Assembly: GCA_002633005.1 (NCBI GenBank)
Contig: NMRA01000021.1
Span: 230,087-294,086 of the forward strand
From: Phoronis australis
Lineage: Eukaryota > Animalia > Phoronida
DNA length: 64,000 bases
Reading direction: 5' to 3'
The notes under the pieces were generated by a model that saw only the letters and a program-made list of their open reading frames with translations, had not been told where the DNA came from and did not search any database. Shown piece after piece: positions 1 through 10,088 of the stretch (position 1 is its first letter; each line of letters starts with the position of its first letter). The position numbers were made by a program, and so were the translations under genes.

Positions 1-218
1 ACAAGACAACTAGTTCTTGTCTGTCAATCATCTAAGTTCTTAACAGGTCCTCCTGGAGGCAGTTTGTTTGCAAGTGTTGGATTTTATATTTTAACCTATT
101 AAAAATAATTAAAAAATTATGGGTCATGGGTTGGAGAAATAAATGAAAAATATGGGCGGTGGGTACGAAATAAAAGTGCCTTCCCCCCCCTCCCATACAG
201 ATTTTGCTGGAACAGCCC
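1..218. mobile_element. Possible right end of a MITE/non-autonomous DNA transposon, truncated by the window start
   Basis: Ends in CCCCCCCCTCCCATACAGATTTTGCTGGAACAGCCC followed by TAA, resembling GGGCT(A/G)TTCCA-type MITE termini with TWA target sites. The partner terminus is not in the window, so this is unverified. Confidence 0.3.
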
Positions 219-383
219 TAATGCTTTATCATTAGTAATTTATGTTTTAGGCAATGTTTTGAGAAATTTTGGGCATTTAGATCAGCAAACCTTTTTAAAA
301 TAGAAAAAAGGTCAAGTTTGGCTTCTATTTTTGTGTGGAATTGGTGATATTTTATCATACTGTCGTGTTATATTGTTGATCAG

Positions 384-567
384 ACCATATTCCACACGTT
401 ACCTCGACTAGTGGGTCTTGTGGATGATGAGTGGATCTCAGTGGACGTCTTTGAGAATGTAGACCCTAACTGGACCCTGAATGACCAGCACCACCACAGT
501 CTACCACTGAGGAATAGCCACCAAGATCTGGATGCTTGCAGAGGCGGGGTGTGGGTCATTAACACAG
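384..567 (+). CDS. TARBP1: TARBP1/Trm3 tRNA (guanosine-18 2'-O)-methyltransferase, internal exon (fourth from last)
   Basis: Acceptor ttgatcag|384, donor 567|gtaata. Translates TIFHTLPRLVGLVDDEWISVDVF..., matching the recalled TARBP1 motif TIFxxLPRLxGLxxDEWI. Ends in phase 1, compatible with the next exon. Confidence 0.85.
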
Positions 568-2120
568 GTAATAGTCTTAGAAGTTATTTGCAGACAAACA
601 AGCTTTGATATCAATAGAAATTTTTTCACTTTTCTCCATTAGGTCACGTGGTGAGGCCAACTGGTGGTTTGCTGACCAGACTTAAAAATGTTGAGGATAA
701 ATAGATAGTGTCGTAATCTCACCTTTTCTATTCAACTAGAATTTTTATTCAATTCTATGTGCCTGCATCTATGAGGTCGCTAAACAAAATCTGAGCCCTG
801 ATTTAGGAGCTGACATACTTCTAATTCACTGGGGCAGACATTAAAATTCAAAGCGAGGCTCACTGCGATAAACAAAGCAGAAGTTGACATTGCATGAGTT
901 AAATGGCTGGTTTTTCGAGTCCAACCTGGATATTAATTCTTAAGAATGTGACAATAATTAGCGAAAGAGATGTAGAAAAATATATTAGAGAATAAGTCGA
1001 TGCACCAAAGAGTTGTCTAAGGAAAGGGTATAATTTTTTTTGGAAAACTACGTTCGAAACATGTGAAGTAAATATGACCCAATGCAGCGATCGTGTTACG
1101 CATTAGGTATATGCAGGGTTACGTTTCTTCTTGTAAATTGTTGATAAAAACCCTTTCTACACGAACCAGGTCATCTGCTTGTATTTTTGACAAGTTGAAG
1201 ATATATTTGACAGTGGTGTCTTATCGCATTTTGCTGTAATGTGCAAGTCACATCTGGTTTAATTTGTTGAGCAAGAATATTAACATCAAGCATAGCCTAA
1301 GTCCTGGTAGGTAGAGACTACTGTGACTCACAGTTGATTTGTCATTGATCTGCAAAGATGATTGCTGTTATTAAAATTATTTTTATTAAAATAAAAAACC
1401 AGGCTGGTAATTGAAGCTATAAATTATTTGACCATCAATTCTGCTTTCTTGGTTTTAACAATTCTTACATCTACTTCATGTTAGGTTTCAAATATCTGGA
1501 CCAAGTTGAATTTTAAAATCAAAACACCTAGTTCATTCATCCAAAGCATAACCTGAAAAAATAACCCGTCTCGTTTTAGAGCTTAATTTCAATTAACTGG
1601 GCAGAACAAGCATAGTTATCATGTTCCTTCGTAGGCCTCATTCATCAGAGCAGAAGAGTGCCTGTGCCTTCTGAGAGGGTAATTTTTTCGCCGAGTGAGA
1701 GGGAAATTGTACCTTCAAGTCATCATCAATAGCTCCTCTGTCCTGTTCCAAGTTCTCATAGGCTCTTTCAAACTGTCACCTGTGTGGTTACAAATGATTT
1801 GATCTTTGAGGGGAAAATTTCAATCATTTTAGGGGAATTTTTAGGCCTCATAAGGGTAATATCGTGTGATTTTTCAATATTTTTTGAGAAGGAAACAGTG
1901 TCGATATTCGGCCCCGAAATCGAGGGTTTGAGGGCCCTGTTCTTTTTGGAAATAAATTCATCATGTTTCAACCCATAGTCAAGAAAACATAACCTGGCTG
2001 GCCGAAGATTCACCGGTCGCTGCTATGATTCTCGGCAACCGAGATGCGACAAAATGTGATCAAACTTTTGAAAGTATTTATCAATTTTTGTATTTATTTT
2101 TTTACTTTTGTGGTGTCCAG

Positions 2121-2288
2121 AGTCTTACACAGAGGCTGATGGTGATTTCCAGAAGAAGATTATGCCATGGCGCAGCATGCTGCCTGATGTTGACGCTGAT
2201 CATCAGCTGTTAGAGGAATCACCACGGAAACGGGCGGGCCAGCTTGTGGTGGTGACCTCACTCATCGACAAGGCTCCCAACCTGGGAG
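2121..2288 (+). CDS. TARBP1: TARBP1 exon, start of the SpoU domain
   Basis: Acceptor gtgtccag|2121, donor 2288|gtgagt. Translates ESYTEADGDFQKKIMPW...LVVVTSLIDKAPNLGG (QKKIxPW and SpoU motif 1, DKxxNLGG). Phase 1 to phase 1. Confidence 0.93.
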
Positions 2289-2517
2289 GTGAGTATGATA
2301 GAGGGACTGAGAATCCTTTTGGTCGGAGTTATTGGGTAATGTTTTCTACACTGTATATAATGGTTGTTGTGGAAATTTAAGAGGCGGGGCCTTGAGTGTC
2401 TTGATTCTGGGACTGAATGTCAGCCTCATTACTCGTTGAAATACACTTGGAAATTTGGCAAAAGCTCACTCACCAGGCCCAAAAAGTCACCTTCAGTGAT
2501 AAAAAAAATCCCTTTAA

Positions 2518-4107
2518 AGGAGAATGCCACCCGATTTAATTAGTCTTTTTTACTATCTTAATGGGTCTATATCTACATCACCTCTTATACGGTCGACCTC
2601 ACCTTGGCGAGAGGTGTCGCATTCACCTGTGAGTAAGGTGAGAAACGCCGCAGCGACATCAGTGGTTCATCTGCAGAGTGAATGCCACTATATTACGGTG
2701 CATCGTTCCCGCTTGTCTGAACTATGAAGCTGCGAAGAAAGCAGGTATATCGTTTTTTCGACTTCCTCGAGAGCCCGCAATGCTTAGGAAGTGGCTCGTG
2801 GTAATCTCCGTGTGTGTGGTCAGCATTTCGTCGACAATGATTTCTCTGACGAATTCCGGCTTACCAAAGAACTATCCTTACGTTCCATTCCCTATGCATG
2901 TTCACGGCGCTACTCTAGTATTTCTTGATCAGTGTATTCCGGTTCGAACTGATAGCCTGTGAAACCTAACGATACAACCCGTGAATTCTTTGTCGGATGA
3001 GCTCTCGCCTAAGTTGGGATTGGCACCGGGTGAGTTGCCATGTAGACGTTTATTATTGTGCGTTCTGTTTCAAAATGAGTTATTCTTACCGTAACCAATC
3101 CTTATATAAAACTTAAACAAAGTCTGTCATATTAGATACAATTTGTAATGCCTTTAGAGTATTCGTTAGGGCAAATGTTTTGAGAAGCCAGCAATGAATA
3201 AACCATTGCGTTACCGGCTTTAGATGCAATAAAGGTAATTGACCTGGCACTGTGGCCGTGTGAGTGCATGCTAATTCAGTGTTTGCTGACAGAAAGCTGT
3301 TGTGAAACAATTACTCTATTTTATGTGCTGTTGTCACATTTAGGGGAATCTTTATTTAGAAATACAAATACATTATTCAAATCATTGTTACTTTACTACC
3401 TTTGCCCTGACGGTCTGTGGAAGGGGAACCTGACTGCGCGGCTCCCGATAAATAAGTAGATTTTCAGTTTCGTGGCTAATTTACCTAAAAAATTACGTAC
3501 ATTATTTCTTTGGATCACTATTGTAGTCTTTTCGTGACTGGAGGTTTAGTTTCCAACTTAAGCTGATTTATGTTCATGATGTCCAGTCCCGGCGACCGCG
3601 ACTGGCCTGACCGGGTTCTGAGCCACTGGCGGGGAGTAACAAGCGTTTTGTGTGTTAAGAACTGAAAAAATCGCAAGTCTAAAAGTGCAACACACAGCTA
3701 TGTCCCCCCATCTGTATTTCACGGAAGAAACGGTTTCGAATTAATCACCAAACAGATCCAAACTCCCGCGATCGACCATGGTAAATTGGCCTACAGTACG
3801 TTCAAATACCTATAAATCCGTGAGAGTGAAATAAAACATCACCGTTTGTTCAAGAACTCAATGTATTTGTAAGGGTTTATATCGAATTTTGATGATTTAT
3901 TGGTTTAAAACGATGAATTCAAGCGAAAAGTTGACACCAGTAAGCGTGTTGTGAACGGCTGAACAGACTGCGTTCAAACCGATTATGTCATTGGTTAATT
4001 TCAACACCTCTGTCTGCTGTTAGGTGTCAGGTAAAACAACTGAACTTGCTGTTATCGAGTGGAACTAAATTCATACAAATAGGTTGTTTTTTGGGTGGCG
4101 TTCTCCT
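2518..4107 (+). mobile_element. Non-autonomous Kolobok-type DNA transposon (1.59 kb) in a TARBP1 intron
   Basis: 15-bp TIRs AGGAGAATGCCACCC (2518-2532) and GGGTGGCGTTCTCCT (4093-4107, 1 mismatch), flanked by TTAA at 2514-2517 and 4108-4111. RR...YY termini, a TTAA TSD and an internal THAP remnant fit Kolobok rather than piggyBac. Confidence 0.85.
2682..2928 (+). pseudogene. Broken THAP zinc-finger (transposase N-terminus) within the Kolobok element
   Basis: RCIVPACLN...GISFFRLPREPAMLRKWL in one frame, then after a frameshift near 2803 NLRVCGQHFVDNDF: the C-x4-C...P...W...C-x2-H-F THAP signature with an apparent internal deletion. Confidence 0.8.
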
Positions 4108-4678
4108 TTAATGTTCGATTCAATTTGAACTCTTACAGACACTCGACATCAGAAGGTTTTATTAACTACAGAAATCGTTCATTTGTCAGCCATGTGTTAC
4201 AGCCTCGATGTGGAAAACAGCATTTGGATCAGTTCATTATTAGTGTAGGGGAGATTAGGATGTATTGAGCAAGAGCCAGTCATAAGGGTCCATGGTTCAT
4301 CTCTTGACATGTCTATTACCTGGACTTTCCTAAGTATGTAAAAACACAAAGTCTACCCCAAGCAGTGCATCATAGAAAGCTATGTTTTTAAACCAGTAGA
4401 AAACGGTTGATGGGGCACAGGTCCAGGATGTTAGATTTGGTGACGATGGGGAGAGATTTTCCCTCAGAAAAAATATTTTACTGTGAGAAGAAAGTTACAT
4501 ACATTTTCCCTCAGGTGAGAGAGGTCCTGGACTGAAAAGAAACAAAAGATATACAACTTGCACATTGTTGTTTTAAAGCACGAACTGTATAGAGTTTTTC
4601 CTTTTGCTGAGACAAAGAACAATAATTGGTGTTGAAAACAACGGAAAAAGTGTCTTTAACCATCCAACTTTCCTGTAG

Positions 4679-4940
4679 GTTTATGTCGCACAAGCGAGAT
4701 CTTTAATGTCGCCGAGTTTGTCGTCGGCAACCTGAAGGTGCTGGATGATCGAACGTTCCAGGCGTTGAGTGTCACTGCAGAGAAATGGCTACCAGTGCGT
4801 GAGGTGCATCAACACTACCTGCGACGCTATTTGTTGGAAATGAAAGATTCTGGGTACACCCTGGTGGGCGTTGAGCAGACTGCCAACAGCAAGGATCTGA
4901 CACAATACGAGTTCCCAGTTAAAACGCTGCTACTGCTGGG
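4679..4940 (+). CDS. TARBP1: TARBP1 exon, SpoU domain core
   Basis: Acceptor tcctgtag|4679, donor 4940|gtaagg. Translates GLCRTSEIFNVAEFVVGNLKVLDDRTFQALSVTAEKWLP...LVGVEQTANS...KTLLLLG. Phase 1 to phase 2. Confidence 0.95.
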
Positions 4941-5391
4941 GTAAGGGTTAATCGTAGCACGATATTTATGAATTATTAAAAAATTGATCAACATCATGGC
5001 TTTGTCATAGGTACAGCCATTCTTCCTTTCAGTTAAGAGTTGAAATGCCCTTATTGAGTCAGCAAGTCAATTTCGCGGTGGTGCAGAGGTGATGGCTTAA
5101 GAAAAATGAATTGGTTTGTAGACTTGGTTGTCTTGCATGCTGTAGCCATCCATATGTGAAGTGGGGTGATTGAGAATCCAATCAAAGTTCTGCCATTGTT
5201 GAAACGAGGATTGAAATGAGTATTGATCCCTTGAGAATGGTGAAGAGTTTGAGGGATTTCATCTACAGCATTGCTGTTGTTTTTCAAATGCATTGTGGGA
5301 TGGTTGTTGGCTTGTAAATGTGCGGTGAACAAAATGATGGAAAACGACACTTGTCACTTGAGCGCACAGGAAGTGAAACCATGCGTCCACT

Positions 5392-5449
5392 ACAACATGT
5401 TTTTTTGTGCAAGTACGACGACAACATGTTTTTTTGTGCAAGTACGATG
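5392..5449. repeat. 29-bp tandem duplication
   Basis: ACAACATGTTTTTTTGTGCAAGTACGA(C/T)G x2. Confidence 0.9.
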
Positions 5450-6409
5450 AAGCAACCATCATCGGACAATGAAATTGAAACTAATCTTCAAAATGCGTTG
5501 AATAAATAGTTTACGTAGATTCTTTTGCGTGGAAGATTCTCGAGACATTCATCTTGCTATCCAATTACGCTAAAGTTGAATCTTACCTCCTGAAACGCAA
5601 ACATTATAAATTTTGTTGCACATCTTCATGTGCAGAGTTGTATGATGACACTTCGCTTTCCTCAGTTTCCAACTGCTGACTTATGACTAATGGTTATTGG
5701 CCCATTATATTGCGTGCGCAGCAGAATTAATGAAGCGGAATACTGTCTGGTTTTAGGCTATAAAAGTCACATTTCTTGTCCAATTTTCAAAATTCAGAAA
5801 TCTAATTACATGCATGTTTTAGGAACTATTCAAAATGCTTCAAAATGAAAGTTTGAGGAATACTAATTATCGTCCGTAGTGTTAAAAACTATGTTTGTGA
5901 TGAATAATTTTGCTCTTGATTAAAAATGTTAATCTCCAGAGAATGATAACATCACTTGAAACAGGATGGTTTCTTTGACGATTGTAGCAGATTTTAAGGT
6001 TCGTGAACTGGTCAAGTAGCCCAAACTAGAGCGGCGAGTGTGTCAGTGCGAGCTGACAATAATCTCTTTATGCATTTGAAAATGACAGCGGTCCTGCAGA
6101 TGAAGTCCCCCAAATTTAATCACTACTTTTGTTTTAACGAGTGCAGTCCCATCAGGACAAGTCATGACACGTGTCGATTACGTTCACAGTCAAAGTGCCG
6201 CAAATGTAGCACTCAGCAGCCTGAGCATGATTTGACCTTGACATGTCATTGACTACAACCTGCACTCTGGTGGTGTAATTAACGGTCTATAAAAATGCTA
6301 CTTGGAAAATAGTTGGGTGCACTTTTTTCTGCCATGGCTTAGCCGACTATGTTGTACCCATTTGGTATCTGATTTTCAACATGTCAATGGTTTTCTATTC
6401 GTATTCCAG

Positions 6410-6572
6410 CAAAGAGAAGTCTGGTATCCCTGTGGACTTGATACAGCTCCTCGACGTCTGCGTTGAGATACCCCAGCAAGGGATTGTACGGTCACTGAAT
6501 GTACACGTGAGTGGGGCCCTGTTGATATGGGAGTACACAAGACAACAGTTATTGCGTGGTGCTTGCAATTGA
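6410..6572 (+). CDS. TARBP1: TARBP1 terminal coding exon (SpoU motifs 2 and 3, stop TGA)
   Basis: Acceptor tattccag|6410. Translates (G)[53 protein letters not shown], with the GxExxG and IPxxGxxxSLNV SpoU motifs. Confidence 0.96.
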
Positions 6573-7430
6573 TTGGTCAGTATTTGATGCCAGTACATTC
6601 ACTGAATGCTAGTGTGAACTGGGCATTGTTGGTATTGGGGTATACAAGGCATCAGTCACTGTGGATGGCCTACAACTATTGGGTCAGTGTTGGAGGATAT
6701 TACAGGCACTGGAACCCCGTGTGAATGGAGCATTACTCACATGGAAATGTACAAGGCAGATGTCATTGCAAGGGACTCACAAATGGGTGGTCAGTGTTTG
6801 AGGCTAGTACGGTTGCTAAATGTCCATGTGAACGAGGCGTTAGTGATGATGAAAATATACTGGACAACAGTTTCTGTGAGAGACATCGAAATGACAGGTC
6901 TATCTTTGATGTTACCGTTGTCCCTGAATGTCCATGTGAACTGAGATGTGCTGATGTGGGAGGAGACTAGGCCATGGTAAGTGCAGGGACTTGCAACTGA
7001 TGGGCTTGTGTTATCCAAATACAGTTACTGAATTGTGAACAGAGTATCACTTTTGTGAGACTACACGGCAGCAGTCAGTGTGAGGACTTCCAACCTCATG
7101 GTCAGTGTAGCAGAGGTACAGTAACTGAATGCCCATGTGAACAGAGCATTTTTCATACTGGAGTATAGTCAGTATATTATTCTAGTACAGTCGCTGCATG
7201 TGGACAGAGTATTGTCAATATGGGAGTGTAGAAGACCATGGTTATTGCGAGTGGCTTCCAACTGACGCTTCAGTTTTTGATGCTATTGTGGTTACTAAAC
7301 ATCCATCTGGACGGAGCTTTGCATAGATGGCAGTTTACAAGGTTACATATAGTGACAGGGATGTCCAACTGATGGGCAAGTTCTTTAGGGTAGTTGAATG
7401 CCGATGTGAGTGATGGTGTTGTGGCAATAT
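6486..7430 (+). repeat. Degenerate ~107-bp tandem array (~10 units) derived from the end of the TARBP1 CDS
   Basis: Unit starts near 6486 (native), 6593, 6700, 6807, 6915, 7019, 7116, 7185, 7286 and 7386. Shared core resembles GTACRGTYRCTGAATGYCCATGTGAAC. Unit 2 versus unit 1 is 71/107 identical without gaps (hand count). Confidence 0.88.
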
Positions 7431-8437
7431 AGTACTAAGTTAAAGTTGTTGCTGGGTGATGTGAAAATACGATATAGTACTAAGTTAAGGCGTTGCTGTT
7501 GAATGCTGTGAAAATGTGAAGTATCTGTTTAATGTACTAATTTATTGCAATTCATGCTGTTTATTCAAATGGTTTATAGCCTTTGAACCAAAGTAAAGGA
7601 CTCTTTAAACTTGAGAATTGTCTTAGTTTATCAGACAATCCAACAGAGGGTGCTGGATGTCATAGATCTGCTGAGATCATTTGCAAGGTATGTGCTCTTC
7701 ACCTCACTCTTTGCATTGACTAATAACTAAAGAAATCGGTGTTTACAGGTATGAGTATTGAGAATATAATATTTTGTTTTCGTTTCTTTGTTCTTTGCGG
7801 ATTGTGTATATGTCTTTCAAATATCTCGAGAAAACTTCGAGTGCAGACATCTTGGGGACTTTGTGGCTTAGACATGTCAGTGCAAAGGGAAATTATGTTG
7901 TCTACAAGAAAGTAGTGACGTAACTAGTCTAGGGGTGTATTTGAGCAATGAAGTGTGACTCCATCCTGCTTTTGAGTGCTTTTCACATCGAACTCCTGCC
8001 ATGAAAAATGTGAATTTGTGACGTGGCATATGATTGTGTCATTAAATCATGAAATCATGTGTTCGAAATGATGTAACTGAAAACAATCGCTGGAGTAAAA
8101 CTAACTTTTAAGCATCTGTCGGGTTTTAAAAAATTTGGAGTAATATTTCATTTAGAATGAAATTGACTGTGTTTAGTTATAGGCAACATTTTTAACCACT
8201 CTGTTTAAACGTTTATGCTCCAACATTGAAAATTAGTGTAGAAACTCCTTAACCTAAAGTTGTCTCTGGATAGAATGTGTGCAATCTTTCAGTAACTTGT
8301 CACTACTTGGAAATACAAGGGTTTGTTCACCTAGATAAAGGCTCGTTTTTATGTTTATAAGAATTGGAGAGTTGGGAATAGCTTCAACAGTTTTGTGTGC
8401 TCTATGGGTGGGTGTGTGCTGTGAGCTTTGCTCTTGT

Positions 8438-8549
8438 AATAAAATTGTATCATTGATGCAAAACTGTATGCATATTTCAGCTCTGATACTTATAGTCAGA
8501 TGTGATGTAATGGACTAAAATTTTCTTAATCTTTACTTTTATGAATAAA
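8438..8549 (+). terminator. Candidate TARBP1 polyadenylation signals
   Basis: AATAAA at 8438-8443 and 8544-8549, the first ones I noticed downstream of the stop. Usage is unverified. Confidence 0.35.
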
Positions 8550-9218
8550 TTTCACAAAATATTCCCTTCTCATCATATTGCTTTTTGAATAATCAAAGAA
8601 TTACCTTACACAGGTGTGACTTGGTTCCTGTCCTTTTATAACATTACCAGGTGGCATGTTTACTTTAGACCTAGAACTGGGCCTTCCATAGCAGCAGTGA
8701 ATCACAGGTATCTAATGGTGTGTGTGTTTTCAACTGGTAATTTAGCATGGGTTTGGGTTAATGATGAAACCTTGTGAAGTCTTGTAGTGATTTTGAAATT
8801 AACTCGACATTAAGTCGTTCATGTTTTGAGACCTTTTTAAAGGTGTATTAAACTGTGTTCTGATATCAAATATAACTTTCTTCAGTCAAATTTTGCTCTT
8901 CGTAAGCAACCTCATCGCTTTTCTGTCCTTAGTTTGTGTTTAAGTAAGCTACTGTAGAACACCTGAAATTCACGGAGCGATTGTACTGTTTTGAGGGCTG
9001 AAACTAACTTAAAGGACATTAAACCTGTGTTTTCTGTTAAAAACATCAAGTTTAGGGGCATGACCTAGACGTTTATGAGCGTGGTGTGAAGAAAGAAAAT
9101 GTCAGTTCTTGCAGAATCGAGAGATCACTTCTAACTGTGTAATCGACAAGTTCCGACCAATTTTATTACCTAAGTGGCCTAAACAAAAACCGACAGCATG
9201 AGATTAATGCCGCTTTAA

Positions 9219-10088
9219 AGGCGAAGGCAACCTTTTTTCATGCCTTATTAGCAAAAATAAGGTTCGTTGGTTATCCCAGACATATTTTCCACTTAATTAC
9301 AGCTTTTCGTAATTTAATTAATTATTCATTCTCTACTCCGGAAGTGAGGTTTTGGGAGGCAAGAATTTCGCGCCTTTTTTCATATAGTCTGACTGTGAGA
9401 GCTGCCAAGTCAGTCATTGTTATATCTCGGTTGTGATAAGTTCGGTCGTCGTTTGCTTTTGTCTAGGACTCAGTCAACATGTCACACTGTTGCTGCGTAC
9501 CGGGATGTACTCATTATCGTCTCACGGACAGTGGAACAACTGTCCCACTTGCCAGAGTGTCCTGCGACACATTCCCACTGGATAGTGACCTGAGCACACA
9601 AACTGCTTAAACCCCGCCGTGTGACACCCTCGCAACACACAGGGCATCTTCTAAATAGATCCAATACTTTAGACAAGTCCGCAATAAACTTATCAAAGTT
9701 TGGCTCACCGATGTGTTCACTGAACGACAAACTGTACTCTTCACTGGGCCTGCATTCACTCCCACTACTCAACATCGCAACAGGGCTGCTTACAGGCTTT
9801 GGGCCATAATATGAGTACATCCCGGTACGCAGCAACAGTGTAGCATGTTGACTGACTCGTAAACAAAAGCAAACGACGAACGAACTTATCACAACGGAGG
9901 TAGATCAATGACTGACTCGACAGCTCTCACAGTCAGACTATGTGAAAAGAAATTGGCGCGAAATTCTTGCCTCCCAAAACGTCATTTCCCGGAGTAGACA
10001 ACGATTAATTAAATTACGGAAAGCTGCTGGGGTAACCAACGAACCTTCTTTTTGCTAAAAATGACATGAAAAAAGGTTGCCTTCGCCT
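9219..10088. mobile_element. Fold-back non-autonomous Kolobok-type element with ~280-300 bp inverted arms
   Basis: TTAA at 9215-9218 and 10089-10092; termini AGGCGAAGGCAACC and GGTTGCCTTCGCCT. Arms 9219-9514 and 9811-10088 are reverse-complementary along their length, with substitutions and small indels. Confidence 0.92.
9515..9810 (-). pseudogene. Transposase fragment (Cys/His motif) in the spacer of the fold-back element
   Basis: ORF 9482..9892(-) contains KFIADLSKVLDLFRRCPVC...VTIQWECVAGHSGKWDS, resembling the KFIVxxxxLxxLFxxCPxC...CxxGHxxxWxS segment I recall from Kolobok transposases (not searched). Confidence 0.6.

Noticed and set aside
643-704. Extra TARBP1 exon after the strong acceptor TTTTCTCCATTAG
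   Set aside because: The nearest donor gives 8 nt (frameshift) and read-through hits a stop after ~20 codons; the flanking exons already join in phase.
3245-3315. WPCECMLIQCLLTESCCE resembling the Cys-rich motif of the Kolobok accessory protein KolX
   Set aside because: Cysteine spacing fits only loosely, the orientation is not the one I would expect, and the segment is too short to call without an HMM search.
6527-6970. ORFs 6527..6724, 6687..6944 and 6725..6970 as separate genes
   Set aside because: They are translations of the decayed TARBP1-derived repeat units, with stops and frameshifts.
8836-9040. Two TTAAAGG...TTAAAC(C)TGTGTT segments resembling orphan Kolobok-type termini
   Set aside because: Both are in the same orientation and I found no inverted partner.
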